In this document: positions 1 to 12,418 of the stretch, piece after piece
How positions within the stretch are numbered: position 1 is the first letter of the stretch
How the letters are laid out: each line of letters opens with the position of its first letter
Origin: Sarea resinae
Lineage: Eukaryota
Assembly: GCA_026026165.1 (NCBI GenBank)
Contig: JAPEUD010000052.1
Location: 62,001-126,000, forward strand
Length of the DNA stretch: 64,000 nucleotides
Direction of reading: 5' to 3'
The notes under the pieces: model-generated
Seen by the model: only the letters and a program-made list of their open reading frames with translations
What the model was told of the DNA's origin: nothing
Database searches by the model: none
Position numbers and translations under genes: made by a program

Positions 1-136
1 TGTATTGGTATGGCTTCCAGCTCTCGGGCAGCGGCAGTGGCCGAGCAGGCTCGGGAGATTGAAGGCGTGATACTAGCTAGACATGGACATAGCCATAGCC
101 AGGATAAGTGAGACGGGCACCTGATGTCATGCATGA

Positions 137-1875
137 TCATGGCGGCGGCGGCGGCGACGAGGACGACGAGGACGACGCCGCCGCCACACCCCTAACGCCA
201 CCGGCTACGATCTCAAATTCCGTCCCCTTGATCCCGTCATCTGGCTCGGCGTAGGATGCAAAGACCACTTTGAAGTAGCGCCGCCACGTGCGCGTTCGGG
301 TCTGGCTACTCGAGTTCCCCGACCCGCTTGGGAGTGGGAGTGGGAGTGCCTGCGACTGCGGCGCCGACTCCGGGTGCGATTCTTGCCCTTGCTGCTGCCC
401 GAACCGCGGTGTGTGTTGGTGTTGGTGTTGATGTTGATGTGGATGCGATTGATTTTCATATGGTTGAGGATGATGTGAGTGATTTTGCTGTTGATGTAGA
501 TATTGATGGTGGCGCTGTGAGGGAAGGACGGGCTCTTTGAGTAGTGTGATCCGGGCTGCAATTTGGTTCGTCCAGACGAGACCTAAGGAGGGAGTTTTGA
601 GGTTGAGGTTAAGATTGAGACTAGGATTCGTGTCGTACGGATTAGAGGAGTAGAAGAGAATGGAATCGACTGGCGAGGCTATATCGCCCCAGCCTGTAAA
701 CCACCGTTGCTGGTGGTCCAGCGTCAGAGGGTCCGATGAAGGAGAGGGATGAGATGGTCTCCTCGGCCCCGTTATTGATGCTGGATTTTGCGCTGGACCG
801 TGTTGTGGTGTTGGAGAGGGCTGAGACGGTAGAGCCGAGTGTGGTTGTGGTGATGGCGGTGCTGGAGGCTGGGCCGCCCGTATAGCGCGCGCGGGAGGCT
901 CGAAACGGTCAGCCACCTGGTTAGACACCACGATAGCAACGTCGTATTCGTGAGCAAGACTTCGTAGGAGCGCGCCCAGACGTGTGAGGTCGGCTGAACG
1001 TTGCGCCATTGCTGCTCCGTTGTTTGAGCTCGTGCCATTACTGGCGGCAGCACCGCCCGTACCGGGTTTAGAGGACATTTCGGCGCGAAAGTTCGCGGCG
1101 ATGGAGTCGATGATTACGAGGCCTACGTTGTGACGACGAACGGCAACGGGGACCTGGTATCGGAGGATATGGTCTTGGGATTCGAGATCCGGGGTTTGGA
1201 TGCTGAGGATGTTGGAGAGGGAGGGCTTGTCTCCTTTTCCGGGGCCAGGTGTGCCGGTGCCTTCAGTGAGGAGGGGATGCGTTCGCAGAAGCTGGTAGAG
1301 GCGCTGGGTAGAGAGGGGCGCCTCAGTTGAGACGTAGATAGCTGATTTGGATAGGCCGTGAGGCGAGGGCATTTGGACGGCTAGCAAGAGGGTGAGGAGG
1401 AGCTGGGTTTTGCCTGCGCCGCTATTCCCCATTGTTAGAATGAAAGTCATGTCAACGTCGTACGGAAAGCCTACCTCTCCCCGGTGACTTCTGTTAGATA
1501 TCCCGTCGGTATCCCACCGCCCAACGCGTCGTCCAGCAGGGCATCCAGCATGCTGATCCTGCCACTACTCTCCACCATTGCCCTGCCATTCTTCCTCAAT
1601 ATGCCTCTCTGTTCTCCATCCTCCGCGGCAGCATCTCCAGTACTGCCGTTATCCCCCTCTTGTGCTTTGACGCCCAATTCCGTATGCAGAGCATCAACGA
1701 TCGCGTTGGAGAGCCTGCGCAGCTCGAGCAGCGGCAGCTGCGCTCGTTTGGCTATCTCCAAGGCATCGAGGGTGATGAGATCAGTAGTCGTGATCAGACT
1801 CCTCTCCAAAGATGGCAGCAGATGCGAAAAGTCTTTGACGGGAAATGTCGGTAGCGTGTCCAGAAGGTCTGTCAT
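137..1875 (-). CDS. RAD57: Rad51 paralog Rad57/XRCC3-like DNA repair protein (one intron, about 1423-1475)
   Basis: N-terminus MTDLLDTLPTFP...LITTTDLITLDALEIAKR, then GGGIPTGYLTEVTGE|SGAGKTQ (Walker A split by a GTAGGC...TAG intron), Walker B LVIIDSIAANFRAE, VVSNQVADRF and PSLGLVWTNQIAARI. Confidence 0.93.
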
Positions 1876-1928
1876 CAGATACTAGGTAGCATGCGGGGTG
1901 GTGACGGGCAGAGAGGTGCGGGTACAAC

Positions 1929-1951
1929 ATCGCGTCAATGGGCACGCGAAG
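1929..1951. promoter_or_regulatory. Two MCB-like (ACGCG) elements upstream of RAD57
   Basis: CGCGTC at about 1931 and CACGCGAA at about 1944 lie 55-75 bp upstream of the ATG. MCB-type sites are typical of fungal replication and repair genes. Confidence 0.4.
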
Positions 1952-2328
1952 TCGACCGACACTTGCCGTTTTGGGTCGGCAATCGTGATGCAGCAAGCTT
2001 CACTCTACATACCTTACATAGGACATGGGGTTCACTATGAACAGATGTTCCGAAGCATTAACGCTATTTCGATTTCTCTTCAACTTCTAGCATACTCCGA
2101 GCCAAACTAGGCAGGCAGAAACACCATCACGGATACAGCGAATGGCGTAGAGAGGCCAGAGAATAATAGCAATACAGTCGAAATGATATGAACGCCGAAC
2201 GCTGTCAACTCAAGGCATCATCTCCATACCTGCCTCAGAATGAATCCGATCTCAAACGTGCAACTGCAACATGTGCGTCTGTAAACAGCGCTAAAGAGCG
2301 GGCAATGGAGAGCCGTGCTTTCTGCTTT

Positions 2329-3837
2329 CTACTTCTTCCCACCGCCACGGCCAACCTGTCTGGCCCTCATCCGTCGCCACGCATCCTCCCCGCTGGCACC
2401 AAATGGCCGTGCATACAGATTCGAAGTAGGCAAGATGCTCTTTGGCACAATGCTGTACGAGGTCGTACCGGTCTCCATCCTGGCCCTATTCGGGTTACGC
2501 ACAGGGGGTGCCAGAGCACGTGCACGAGCCTCTGCTGCAGCGTTTGCCGCTGAGATTGGCTGGGAACCAATGCGAATTTTGCTGTAATCACTGTCAGAGC
2601 ATGAAATGAAAAGAGGCAGGGAGGTTGGAGACTAACGTTGGGTCATAAGTGGCTCTCTGGAACTCTCTCTTCCGGTAGTCGTCACTGCGCTTGAGAATAG
2701 GTCTCGTCCACTCCCCTAAGAGTTTCTCGGCCTGCCGTTTGATGCTCAATTCCGGCCTCTTGCTCTTCGTGTAGAACAAAATGACCTTGCCTATTCCGCT
2801 AGCTACCAAGGTATCCTTGTTGACCGGTAGCTTTGCAAGTGCAGCAAAAAGCTCGCGCTGGATGTTGTACGCTGGAAGACTGCCATCATTCAAAGGCTCC
2901 AAGAAGAACCTTACAGCCTCAAGCAGATTGATATCCGGATCGACTAGGGAATGCTGAAGAGTGTTGCGGTTCAAAAGAGCAACGACTTCCGGTAGCATCT
3001 TGAGCTTGTGCATAGCTGGTTGTCCAGCATCACGAGACTCCGTGTCGGCCTTTGCGGCGTCAGCCATTCGTCGACGGACATCTTCAATCTCTGCATCGGC
3101 CATTGATTCGAGGTCCTAGTCAAGCGTTTAGTATAGTCGAATATCAAAGAGTCAAGAATACGTACGATGCCATCAGCCTTGCGTCTGCGCTTATTAGGAT
3201 TCTTGAGAGCCTCATCCATTGCCCGATCAAGCGCTCGCCTTCGTCCTTTATAGCACTGTCAATACTGAGCTCAAACAGTGAGATAAAGCAACTTACGCTC
3301 TTCAGGACTATAAGCATCTTCGTTCTCCGGAGTTGCTCTCCTCGGTTTCGCCCGCTCTTTCCTCTCCCCGGAATCCTTCTTCTTGCGAATTCGCCGGCCC
3401 TCCAGCTCCTCTCCGCCGCTAAAGTTGTCACTCTCTGCTCTCTTGCGGCCTTTCTTAGGCTTCTCTCTACGAGCTTCCTTTCTCTTCTTCTTTCCGCCTT
3501 CTCTATCCACGGCGGCATCCTCGTCTCTCTTTCTCTTGATCTTGTGCACTCCAATTAGCCCGATATTGCTATCATCGACCGCGACTGGAGCTCGATCTTC
3601 AATAGCAATGTTGGCGGGGTCAAAGTCCTCGAACTGTGCTTCATCGACTTCGGACAGAACTGACTCGTTGTCGGAGTCTGCATCGGCCTCCTCTGTAGCG
3701 TCCATGTCTAGGTGAGGATTGGCCACGGGCGGCGCAGGAGTGTCGCGTTCTTCGGATATTGGGCGGTTTGGATCGCCAGGATCAAGACCAGCCTCTGGCA
3801 ATGGAGTGGTAGGACGTGAATCCGAAGCGGATGACAT
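2329..3837 (-). CDS. IWS1: Transcription elongation factor Iws1/Spn1 (4 exons)
   Basis: Acidic N-terminus, then TFIIS-N-like core PAMHKLKMLPEV...FFLEPLNDGSLPAYNIQRELF...SGIGKVILFY...WTRPILKRSDDY. The last exon ends ...RQVGRGGGKK*. Confidence 0.93.
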
Positions 3838-4283
3838 GATGATGAAGATACGAAGTCGTGATGGAAGAAGCTGCCTTGATGTTTCTCACAAGTTGGTTGT
3901 AGTAAAAAGGCGATCGAGCGGGTGTAGAGTGTAGATGTTGCGGAGAAAAAGTTGAGGAGAGAAGGCAAACAGCGACCTGGTAATTTGCTCAGATGACCAG
4001 TGCCACTACTCGGTATGAATGGTGAATCTCCAAGTGTGGATGAATGAATGAATGAGAAGGATCGCCTGAGGTTGATGGATGTCCAAATCAGTGAAAGGGA
4101 AGGAGCAGCCTGGAGCTGGAGCGTCAGCCACACGGAGTACAGAACGTGCAACGGCATGTTCCGTGTCTACCACGGCCAAGTCTCGTCTCGTCATGAAATT
4201 CCAATCTCCAGCTTGAGCTTCACACATCCAAGATCGCTTGATATCAACAATCATCACCAATAGATATCACTGCAATTGACAAG

Positions 4284-4705
4284 ATGTTTGGAGGACGTGA
4301 GTCATCTCAACAGCAATCCAAGCCCCTCGAGAATGAATCATCTCGCTGACCTATCTGCCTTCGACAGCGCCGCCACCACCAAGCCCGGCCGAGCTCAAGG
4401 TATGATACTTTCCATCCCGGAACGACCACGACCACAGCTCGGCGAACCCACAATATGTCTTCATGCGGATCCTTGGATGGAACTCTGACATGCTCTCAGG
4501 CCCAAGAAGAGGAAGCGAGCCGTACCGTCTCGACTGTCGTCGTCGGAGGCATTCTTCTCTACCTTTGTAAGATATGACTTGCTCGGAACCCTCTGCGTTG
4601 TTCTGCTGGATCTGGCTTGAGGTTGAAATTATGATTCTAGATCTGTGCTGATAATCATCTCGAACAGCTCCCTTCGCTATCGACTACGTCAAGAAGCTCC
4701 TATAA
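4284..4705 (+). CDS. TOM5: Mitochondrial import receptor subunit Tom5 (4 small exons)
   Basis: Manual splicing gives MFGGPPPPPSPAELKAQEEEASRTVSTVVVGGILLYLSPFAIDYVKKLL*. Canonical GTGAGT/GTATGA/GTAAGA donors; LLYLSPF is the Tom5 signature. Missed by the ORF track. Confidence 0.88.
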
Positions 4706-4966
4706 GATATTTCAACTCTGAATACTACGTGCATGGTCTCAGGGCGGCTTGAATTTAAACCAATCAATATTTAGTTCCGGTGCTGGAAATTATCGGATGC
4801 GCCATCCTCTCGGGGATTGTACCATATGTAAAAGTAGCAATCATTGAGTCTTGCTTGAAATAGCGAGTCAAACCTAGTCAACCGCAACCATGATTCCGAC
4901 CAACCCCAGCGCCTCGAGAATTGGCAAGATAATGAAATGAGCTCAATGGCATAACAATCATCTTCC

Positions 4967-6464
4967 TCAAAAGCTTCCAGCCGTTGCCGGCTTCACCCCT
5001 TTCTCCCACTCATCAAGTTCCTTCTGAATCCCTTCGGTCTCTTTCCTCAGATGCTTTAGCTGAGCGTTGTAATCATCAAGTATCTGAAGAGTGATTAGCG
5101 GCGTCCTGATCGCAACACAACGATACCCACCTTTGCGGCCTTCTTCATGACCTCGTCATCCATCACATCAACTTGGCCGTTTGCTAGATTCTTGCCTGCC
5201 TTCTCAAACTCTTCCTGCAATATTCTGGCTCTCTCACGTACGCCGACCATTCTAGCCCAGATCTCTTCCCCACGCCCACTCAATGCTGGATCAAAAACTT
5301 CTCTCTCCAAAGTCACGAGCTTTTTCTTCAATTCCTCTTCGGCCCCATCCATGGCGTATCCACGATTTCTTAGTACCTGAACTCTCGTAGCGAGTGCTAA
5401 GCACCGTTGACTAAGCGCTAAATGCTTTCTCCGAGCGTCCGTTGCGCGGATGGATATCACTAGATCATGATTCTGAAGCATTATGGTCAGGCAATTGTTG
5501 ATCTCATGTAGTCGTGTCTGTAAGGCATTGACGTGTGCCACTTGGACCTCCAGACGGTGGCCCAGCGTCTTGAAGCCCTTGCCGAGGACAGGAATAGCTC
5601 CCTCCCTCGGCTTTTTAGACAGAGCCTCTTCCCACTTCTTCTCATCTTCTTCGGGAGTCGGACGATAATACACTGCATGTCTCTCGGGAACGTAGTTGTA
5701 GAAGTAATGCTGGAAGGCACAATTCGATGAGCTGGGATCCCATTTTTCGGCGATGAGCTGCATTTGCTCTGGGATAGATTTCTGATCTGTATCGCAAAAG
5801 TCATCAGCAAAGCAAGGAAAGAATAATGATGTCGGGACGTACGAGGGCCTACGCCATTTCCAGGTTGCCATATCGATGATGATCCCGAACTTGGCTGTTG
5901 CAAAGATTGAGACAACAGACCACCTTGTTGAGGCTGTTGTTGTGTCTGCTGATTCTGACCAAGGCTTAGTCCGAAGCCAGTACTTTGCTGTTGAGGTTGC
6001 TGCTGGCTAGCACCAAACAAAAGACCCCCAAGAGGTTGCTGTTGCTGTTGCTGTTGGGTGGCATTTCCCGTAAGGCCACCAAAGAGTGATGTGCTTTGCT
6101 GTTGAGGCTGCCCTCCGAGGATACCAGTACTCTGTTGGGGCTGCTGCGAGGCAGATCCGAAGAGGCCAGTACTCTGCTGAGGCTGCTGCGAGGTAGACCC
6201 GAATAGGCCAGTGCTCTGCTGTTGCTGTGGGGCAGAACCAAAGAGTCCAGTGCTTTGCTGTGGCTGTGATGATGATGCACCAAAGAGGCTTTTGCTTTGC
6301 TGCGGTTGTGTCGAGGACCCAAAGGGACTGCTGTTTTGTTGCTGGGACTGTGAGCCTAGACCTGAGAATAGGCCACCAGACTGCTGCTGTGGCTGTTGCT
6401 GTTGTTGGGCAGCGTTCGAGCTCGGATTCGAGCTTGAAAAGGCGGATCCTGCAAATAGAGACAT
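4967..6464 (-). CDS. NUP57: FG nucleoporin Nup57/Nup54 (3 exons)
   Basis: Q-rich GLFG repeats followed by the Nup54 domain KWDPSSSNCAFQHYFYN...VQVLRNRGYAMDGAEEELKKKL...EEIWARM. Ends ILDDYNAQLKHL...GSF*. Confidence 0.92.
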
Positions 6465-6966
6465 CGTGACGACAAGAGGAGGGAAACGTCTCAATGAATC
6501 AGGGGAGTGGTGTTGTCGAAAAGTCGAGAATCAGCGAAAGACCCAGGGTTCGAGCGGGCGCGCGCGCTCGCCAACGAGAAACAAGATGAGCGGCTCGTCT
6601 TTTCAGCACAGCATGGCTTTGGATGCTCGCGCGAGTTCAATGCGGCTCGTGTTAGTCCCCAAAGGTGCCGTGTGTGTAATACAGGGCTGATGGGACGCTC
6701 TGCCGGTGTTTATCGTGAATCGTAGGCGGTGATATCTTGAGAGTCTCTACATTGTTTTTCCAGCGAAGAGCCGCGTCTAAGAAGCTGTACTGCGCAGTAG
6801 TGAGCTCTAGCGAAGTCGGCCAATGAGAGGCGAGGGAGACTTCGGCCGCGCATCCATGGATGTCGCTTGCTACTGTCACTGCACGAATGATGAACGATGA
6901 ACGACTTCATTCTCATCCATTGAATCCCTCTCCGGCCATCGATCCCCGGACTTCCGCCTTCACACA

Positions 6967-7723
6967 ATGGCCTCACGAGCGCCCCAGTTCGTCCACCCTT
7001 TCAATCCCTAACGATCCGGTGCGAATCGAAGTGCTGACCCTCCCGGATTAGTTTCAATCAACAGGTCCTCTTGGACACCACTCCCTTGCCCGAGCACATC
7101 CCCAAGGTCACCGAGATTGGGGCCAGTTCCGCACCCTTATTGAGCGCCTCATTCTTCATCGGTGCACGATGCAAGCCATATAACGATGACTATATGCAAT
7201 GCAAGACCGAGGCCAACGGAAGGGGCGAGCTTGATTGCATGAAGGAGGGGCGGAAAGTTACACGATGTGCTGCAAGTGTGTATGTGAACCCCCCCCAAGC
7301 TTTTCAATTATCATACCACATTGGTTGGAACTCCATCTCTGCCATTGACAGAGCTTCAGCAGACATGGCTTGGTCTTGAGAGGGTGGCGATGACAGAAGG
7401 AAGCTTGGCTTCAGAGGCTAACCTCGGCATTCATTCAGGCTGGACGACATCAACAAGCACTGCTTGACCGAGTTCCGTAAACACTGGGAGTGCCTTGAAA
7501 ACAATAATCAGCAGCTATGGCAGTGTCGGAGACCTGAAACGTCGCTGAACAAGTGCGTTTTCGATAACATTGTAAGACCCTCTTTCCTCTGGCTATTCAG
7601 CTCTAGTGGTCGAGACTGACCAGTTGGGCTGCCCAGAAATTGGAAAAGATTATTCCGGGTACGCCGGCCGGAGAAACACCCGTGCATCTGCGGAAGAAAC
7701 AGATATATTCCCAAAATCTTTGA
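6967..7723 (+). CDS. NDUFA8: NADH:ubiquinone oxidoreductase 20.8 kDa subunit (NDUFA8), 4 exons
   Basis: MASRAPHFNQQVLLDTTPLPEHIPKVTEIGASSAPLLSASFFIGARCKPYNDDYMQCK...CMKEGRKVTRCAAS...HCLTEFRKHWECLENNNQQLWQCR; repeated CX9C motifs. Confidence 0.93.
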
Positions 7724-8264
7724 TCGCTCTCGGTACCTTTAGGTCAGGGGACTCAGGCTGTATCATAGCATCACCGAGAATGATATAAATATCAATTTTA
7801 GCATTTTTACTTGTTTTACAACAGCTGTCTTTATTTTCGGGGCTTGTTAAAGGGAAATTTCTTTAATGATGAGCGGAATGAGGCAAAGTCAGCCACCTAG
7901 ATCGGTAGACCTAGTAATGGCCACAGGAAATAGATTTGCTAGAGACAGGGGCTCAAGCCACGATAACCAAACTCGTTACGAGGCACCTTGTATTTTGATT
8001 CCGAGGCTGTAAATGAATATGAGCTGTTCCAATATTGCCTAATAGAAGGCTCGAGAGGCCACCGATAGAGTGCCGAAGAGATCAAGTGAGGTACATTTCC
8101 ACCAACGCTGATACGCGAAGGTACCTCAGGCTCCCTGCATGGTCCGCAGCAAGTCGCGTACGCCCAGCATCTATCATCTATCAACACATGCGCAGACCCA
8201 TGTGAGGTAAACACAGCACTCGAACAACCTTCGAGGGTGGCCACGACATCTGTTTCCTATAGTC

Positions 8265-8682
8265 ATGGCGGCATCTCAAAAGCTGTATCCGCGATCAACG
8301 ATCAAGCGTATTGTGAAAGCACATAGCAAGAGGAACGTCAGTAAGAATGTCGATATTCTGGTATTTGCCCCAGAGCTTCCCTTTCAACGCGACGAACTCT
8401 CTTGCAATCCTTTGACTTCAAGGTGCTGAACTTCTATATATAGATATTCCTCGATTATGCGTTGTTTCTCCAGACGTATGAGTCCATGATGCTGGAGCGG
8501 GATATCTTATTGACGACTCCACAGCTTGATCCGCGAAGCCTCAATCCACGCGAAACAGAATGGAGACAAGGGACTCTCGGCGAGGTCTGTCAAGAAAGTG
8601 ACAGAGGTTAGTCAAGCCCTTCGAACAATTTAGAATCAGTATCTGATGTGTGTAGAACTCATTGAGGAAATTCAAGGGTTAG
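8265..8682 (+). CDS. Centromere histone-fold protein CENP-W/Wip1-like (4 small exons)
   Basis: Manual splicing gives MAASQKLYPRSTIKRIVKAHSKRNVSKNVDIL|IFLDYALFLQT|LIREASIHAKQNGDKGLSARSVKKVTE|NSLRKFKG*, which matches the CENP-W histone fold. Missed by the ORF track. Confidence 0.85.
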
Positions 8683-9612
8683 ATGCGTTCAGCTACGCGA
8701 CAGATGAGAAGTCAGGCTATGCCATGCCCACGGCACTGGGTGAAAACCGGAAGGAATTGTTGCTTGGAGGGCGTTGTTTATTTGAACTTGATACCCAGAG
8801 AAATATAATGCCCGTTTATATGACGTACCACTGCATTGGCTGAGGAAGGGAAAGTGTTGGAGAGATCTCCTCTACGACCACTTGAGGCGGAAGCCTTCTA
8901 AAGTAATTTTGGTATACAAGATTTGAGCTCTCGCATTATTTTGTACGTCAGCCGGACCGCCTCGTCGCTATCAAAGGGATAAATCGAGTACAAGGCAAGG
9001 ATGTGACACTGAACCGTACCACTCGTTTCGGCGATGGCGATCTTATAGAGTATTGTAGCTTTGATCTGCCTTGTCTTGATCATTCCTGAGTGCCTGGAGT
9101 GCGATAGGATCTATGGTATGGGATTCTGGAAGGTATCAGTGCTTTATGCCTACGAGTTCATTTGAGTTGGACACTACAGAACTTGGCTGTGTTGTAGTCT
9201 TAACGAAAAGGCCTACGAGAATAGGATAAATCAGCCAAGAAATTATAAATTCACCTTGCATTCAGGACTGATCTCTTCAATTCCCTCTCAACATGGAAAA
9301 AAGTCGTTCATAATCGATCTTACAATTGATTTTATCTGAACTGCAAGCCAACGAATGCCGGTGCAGGAGAGTCGCTGTTTGTCTGTTCACTTGAGCCTTG
9401 ACTCTTGAGTCAAGCTTTTGGCGATTTCCGCTAGAGCTTCAAATATACAACGCAAGGTGAACCCTCACTTTCTCGCATTAAGAACAGCCTCGTCCTCATA
9501 CACTACCGCAGCCACACAATTCTTCAATCCAACCCTCGATTCGAATTTTGAACGACCCTCCGGGCCACCAATAACTTTTCCCTCTTTCTACCGAAATCAA
9601 GCTTCTAAGACC

Positions 9613-11296
9613 ATGTCCACCGAAGCTGTCATCAATCCCACCGGTCAAGCTCCATCCAAGGGCAAGAAGAAGAGGGCTAAAGCTGAAGGCTCTGCCTCCT
9701 CTCCAAGCGCCGCACCTTCCACCCCGACCATAGATGCTCCGATATCTAACGGTGTCGCCGATCACCCTACCACCGCAGAGGGTGCTGACACGAGCTATGA
9801 GAGTCCATATATTAGAGAGTTGTACAAGTATGTGTTTCAAGGAATCCGGCCCTTTACTGACCATCCACATCGTTCGCAAGTGTTGCGTAAGAACCATACT
9901 AACTTTGCTTGCCAACAGAAACATTCGCAACGTGAACAAGAAGCTTGTGAGTACCAGGCACTGGGCGATGACGAGAACAAGATGAGCTAATGTGTGACTA
10001 GAACGCTACGCAAAAGGTCGATTCCATTATCGCAGAAAACCCGGGCAAGACCCTGGATGATCTTGTAGCATCTCGTAAGATCAACAATGATCAGAAGGCT
10101 CAAGCTCTCAAGAAGCCATCTCTCCAGGCATCGCTTGCCCAGCTTGAGGACCAGATCGCGCAGTACAAGAAATTCGATCAGGAATACCAAAACCGCATAG
10201 TAGCTGAAAAAGCCGCTCTGGAGACTGCTCATAAGCAGGAATTGGAGACATTGGCAAATGCAGTGCGGAGTGAGGTCAAGGCCGAAGCTCAAAAGGAAGC
10301 CAGGGAGCGACTACTAGTGCTATCCAAATTCCTCAGAGCTGCTGCTGCCAAGCGCCAGATGGGTGAGGAGAATACGGATGAGGGCAAGGCTTTTGAAGGA
10401 GTTCTGCTTCTCGTCTACGGTGGAGATGCCTCTGCTGTCGCGGCGGCCGAGAAGCTCATCGACGGTACTGATGACGAAGTCACCGGGACTGACGAGAAGC
10501 CTCTTCCCATCACTTGTATGTTGATCTGAGCACGAACTTCAGGTGAGCGTGATGCTGATTCTGTATAGTTGGCCAAGTTCGGCAGTCCTCCCTCGATCAT
10601 GCTCCTTATGCAGCCGAGGAAGCTTGGGCAGAAGACGTGGCGCAATCGGAGCCTGCGCCTCCCACAAACGCTGATCCGGAGGATTCAACTCCTTCTCTAA
10701 GTGTGCCTCCTGCCACCGACCCTACACTCGCGAACGCTGGTCTCACAGAGACAAACATTGATCCTGAGCCTGTAAACTCCGAACCGGAGACTGAGGGTAT
10801 TCAGGCTCCTGAACAATCTGGCATCGACTCTGGTGCTGCTAATGCTGCAGCTGAAAATCAATGGGATGCTAAGATGTCCGCTTCGGTGGAATCGGGACCC
10901 GAGGGCTGGATTGAGGTGCCGAGGGACCTCGCTGAAACCGAGACCGGTCTTGCGGGTATCCCAGCCAATAATACCAGCACCCAGAGCTGGGCTGACGACC
11001 ACCCAACTGAGTCTGTACCAGTGGCTCCGGAGTCAGCGGCTGCCCCAACAATCACTGGGAACGATGGCTTCCACGAAGTTCATCACTCTCGTGGCGGGAG
11101 GGGACGTGGCGGTTTCCAAGGCGAGCATAGGGGTGGCTACCGAGGCCGTGGTGGCCACAGAGGTGGAGAAGGGAGCGGATATCGTGGCCGTGGCGGCTCT
11201 AGGGGCGATCGCGGCGATCGCGGCGGCGAAGGTGGACACCGTGGACGTGGCCGTGGTGGATTTAGGGGTGGCCGAGGACGCGAAACGCCTCAGTAG
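9613..11296 (+). CDS. Conserved fungal YAG7/Caprin-like protein with coiled coil and C-terminal RGG repeats (4 exons)
   Basis: ELYKNIRNVNKKL...LDDLVASRKINNDQKAQALKKPSLQ (Caprin HR1-like), LLVLSKFLRAAAAKRQ, acidic linker and an RGG-rich tail. Confidence 0.75.
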
Positions 11297-12418
11297 AGCG
11301 TCTTCGCTGCTTCACCCAGGGGCTTGATCGCCTATCCAATTTCGGTAATCTCTTTTCTTTGGGGCTAATCGGCTGGATCCCGAACCGGCGTCCTGCGCTC
11401 TGTTCGTCATGGGTGGAAGAAGGTCATCTTTGTCACGGGCATCTATCTGCATTGCTTTTCTCATTTGTCAAGCGGAGGATCGAAAAGCGGATTGCATTGT
11501 TCTACTCAATCTAGCGGCGCCTACAGACTGTTCGTCATGAAAGCATTTAATGGCGTGTTGCTTGCGGCAATGATGCTCTCATCTCCTTTTTGAAAGTTGC
11601 TTCATGCGAATCACGATGCCTATATCTGCTGCTGGCCTACCGAGTTTAGGTGTTTGTGAGTCCGTGATCTGCTTCGGCGGTAGCGCCCATTACCTGCAGG
11701 TCCATCGCTTGTGCCGCGTGGAGGCTACATCAGCATAGGGCCGAGCGAGGCTTGCACAACCTTAAAATCTTCGGACCACGATGAGATGCCGAACACAGTG
11801 CTAAGCCCGCGGGACTAGAAACAGGAACCGATAGCTACGCGAAACGCGGAGGACCGATAAGGTGATTGTAATTGACCGATAGTAGTCGGCACCTAACGAA
11901 GCCATCATCATGGTTACGACCCTGTCATGCTGATCAGACCGCAACGTGGAGGTCGGTCATCCTACCTCTCTATGGATAGAAGATGAAGTGTTCTCCCCCT
12001 TACGGAAGAGATTGTAAACATTGCGATCTTGGAGGATGTGTGGTGACTCCCGATGCGGCTTAGCGTGGCATCTCGTGATCTCGCTTCGTCGACGCTTGGA
12101 TTGTCACTGCCGTACCTACATGTACTCGTGCTGTATGACCGCCGCACCCCCCTCGACCCTTGCCGCAGCATCGAACGATTCTGGGGACCATATCGTAATC
12201 CTCGAGCTCGACGTCCACCCCGATGCCATCTACACTCTTTCTATCATCGATGTTCAGCCTGCTGGTGTGATCGTCACAAATGCTCAGCTTCATCCGTATC
12301 TAGCCCACGGTCGTTATCGACGCGGAAGTCTCCCAGCTACCCAGTTGAGACGCTTTCGCCCCCCACCTCCCACCGTCAGTCCGGTATCGATCAAAGGGCC
12401 ATCCTGGTCTACGCCGCA

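Noticed and set aside
8870..9090. Kinase-like fragment (LRPLEAEAF...KVILV...RLVAIKG)
   Set aside because: Needs several frameshifts and lacks HRD and DFG motifs; too weak to call a pseudogene.
12053..12418. In-frame upstream ATG extending RPH1 by 122 codons
   Set aside because: The peptide looks like translated pyrimidine-rich leader; the ATG at 12419 (GCAATGG) has better context and precedes the conserved region.
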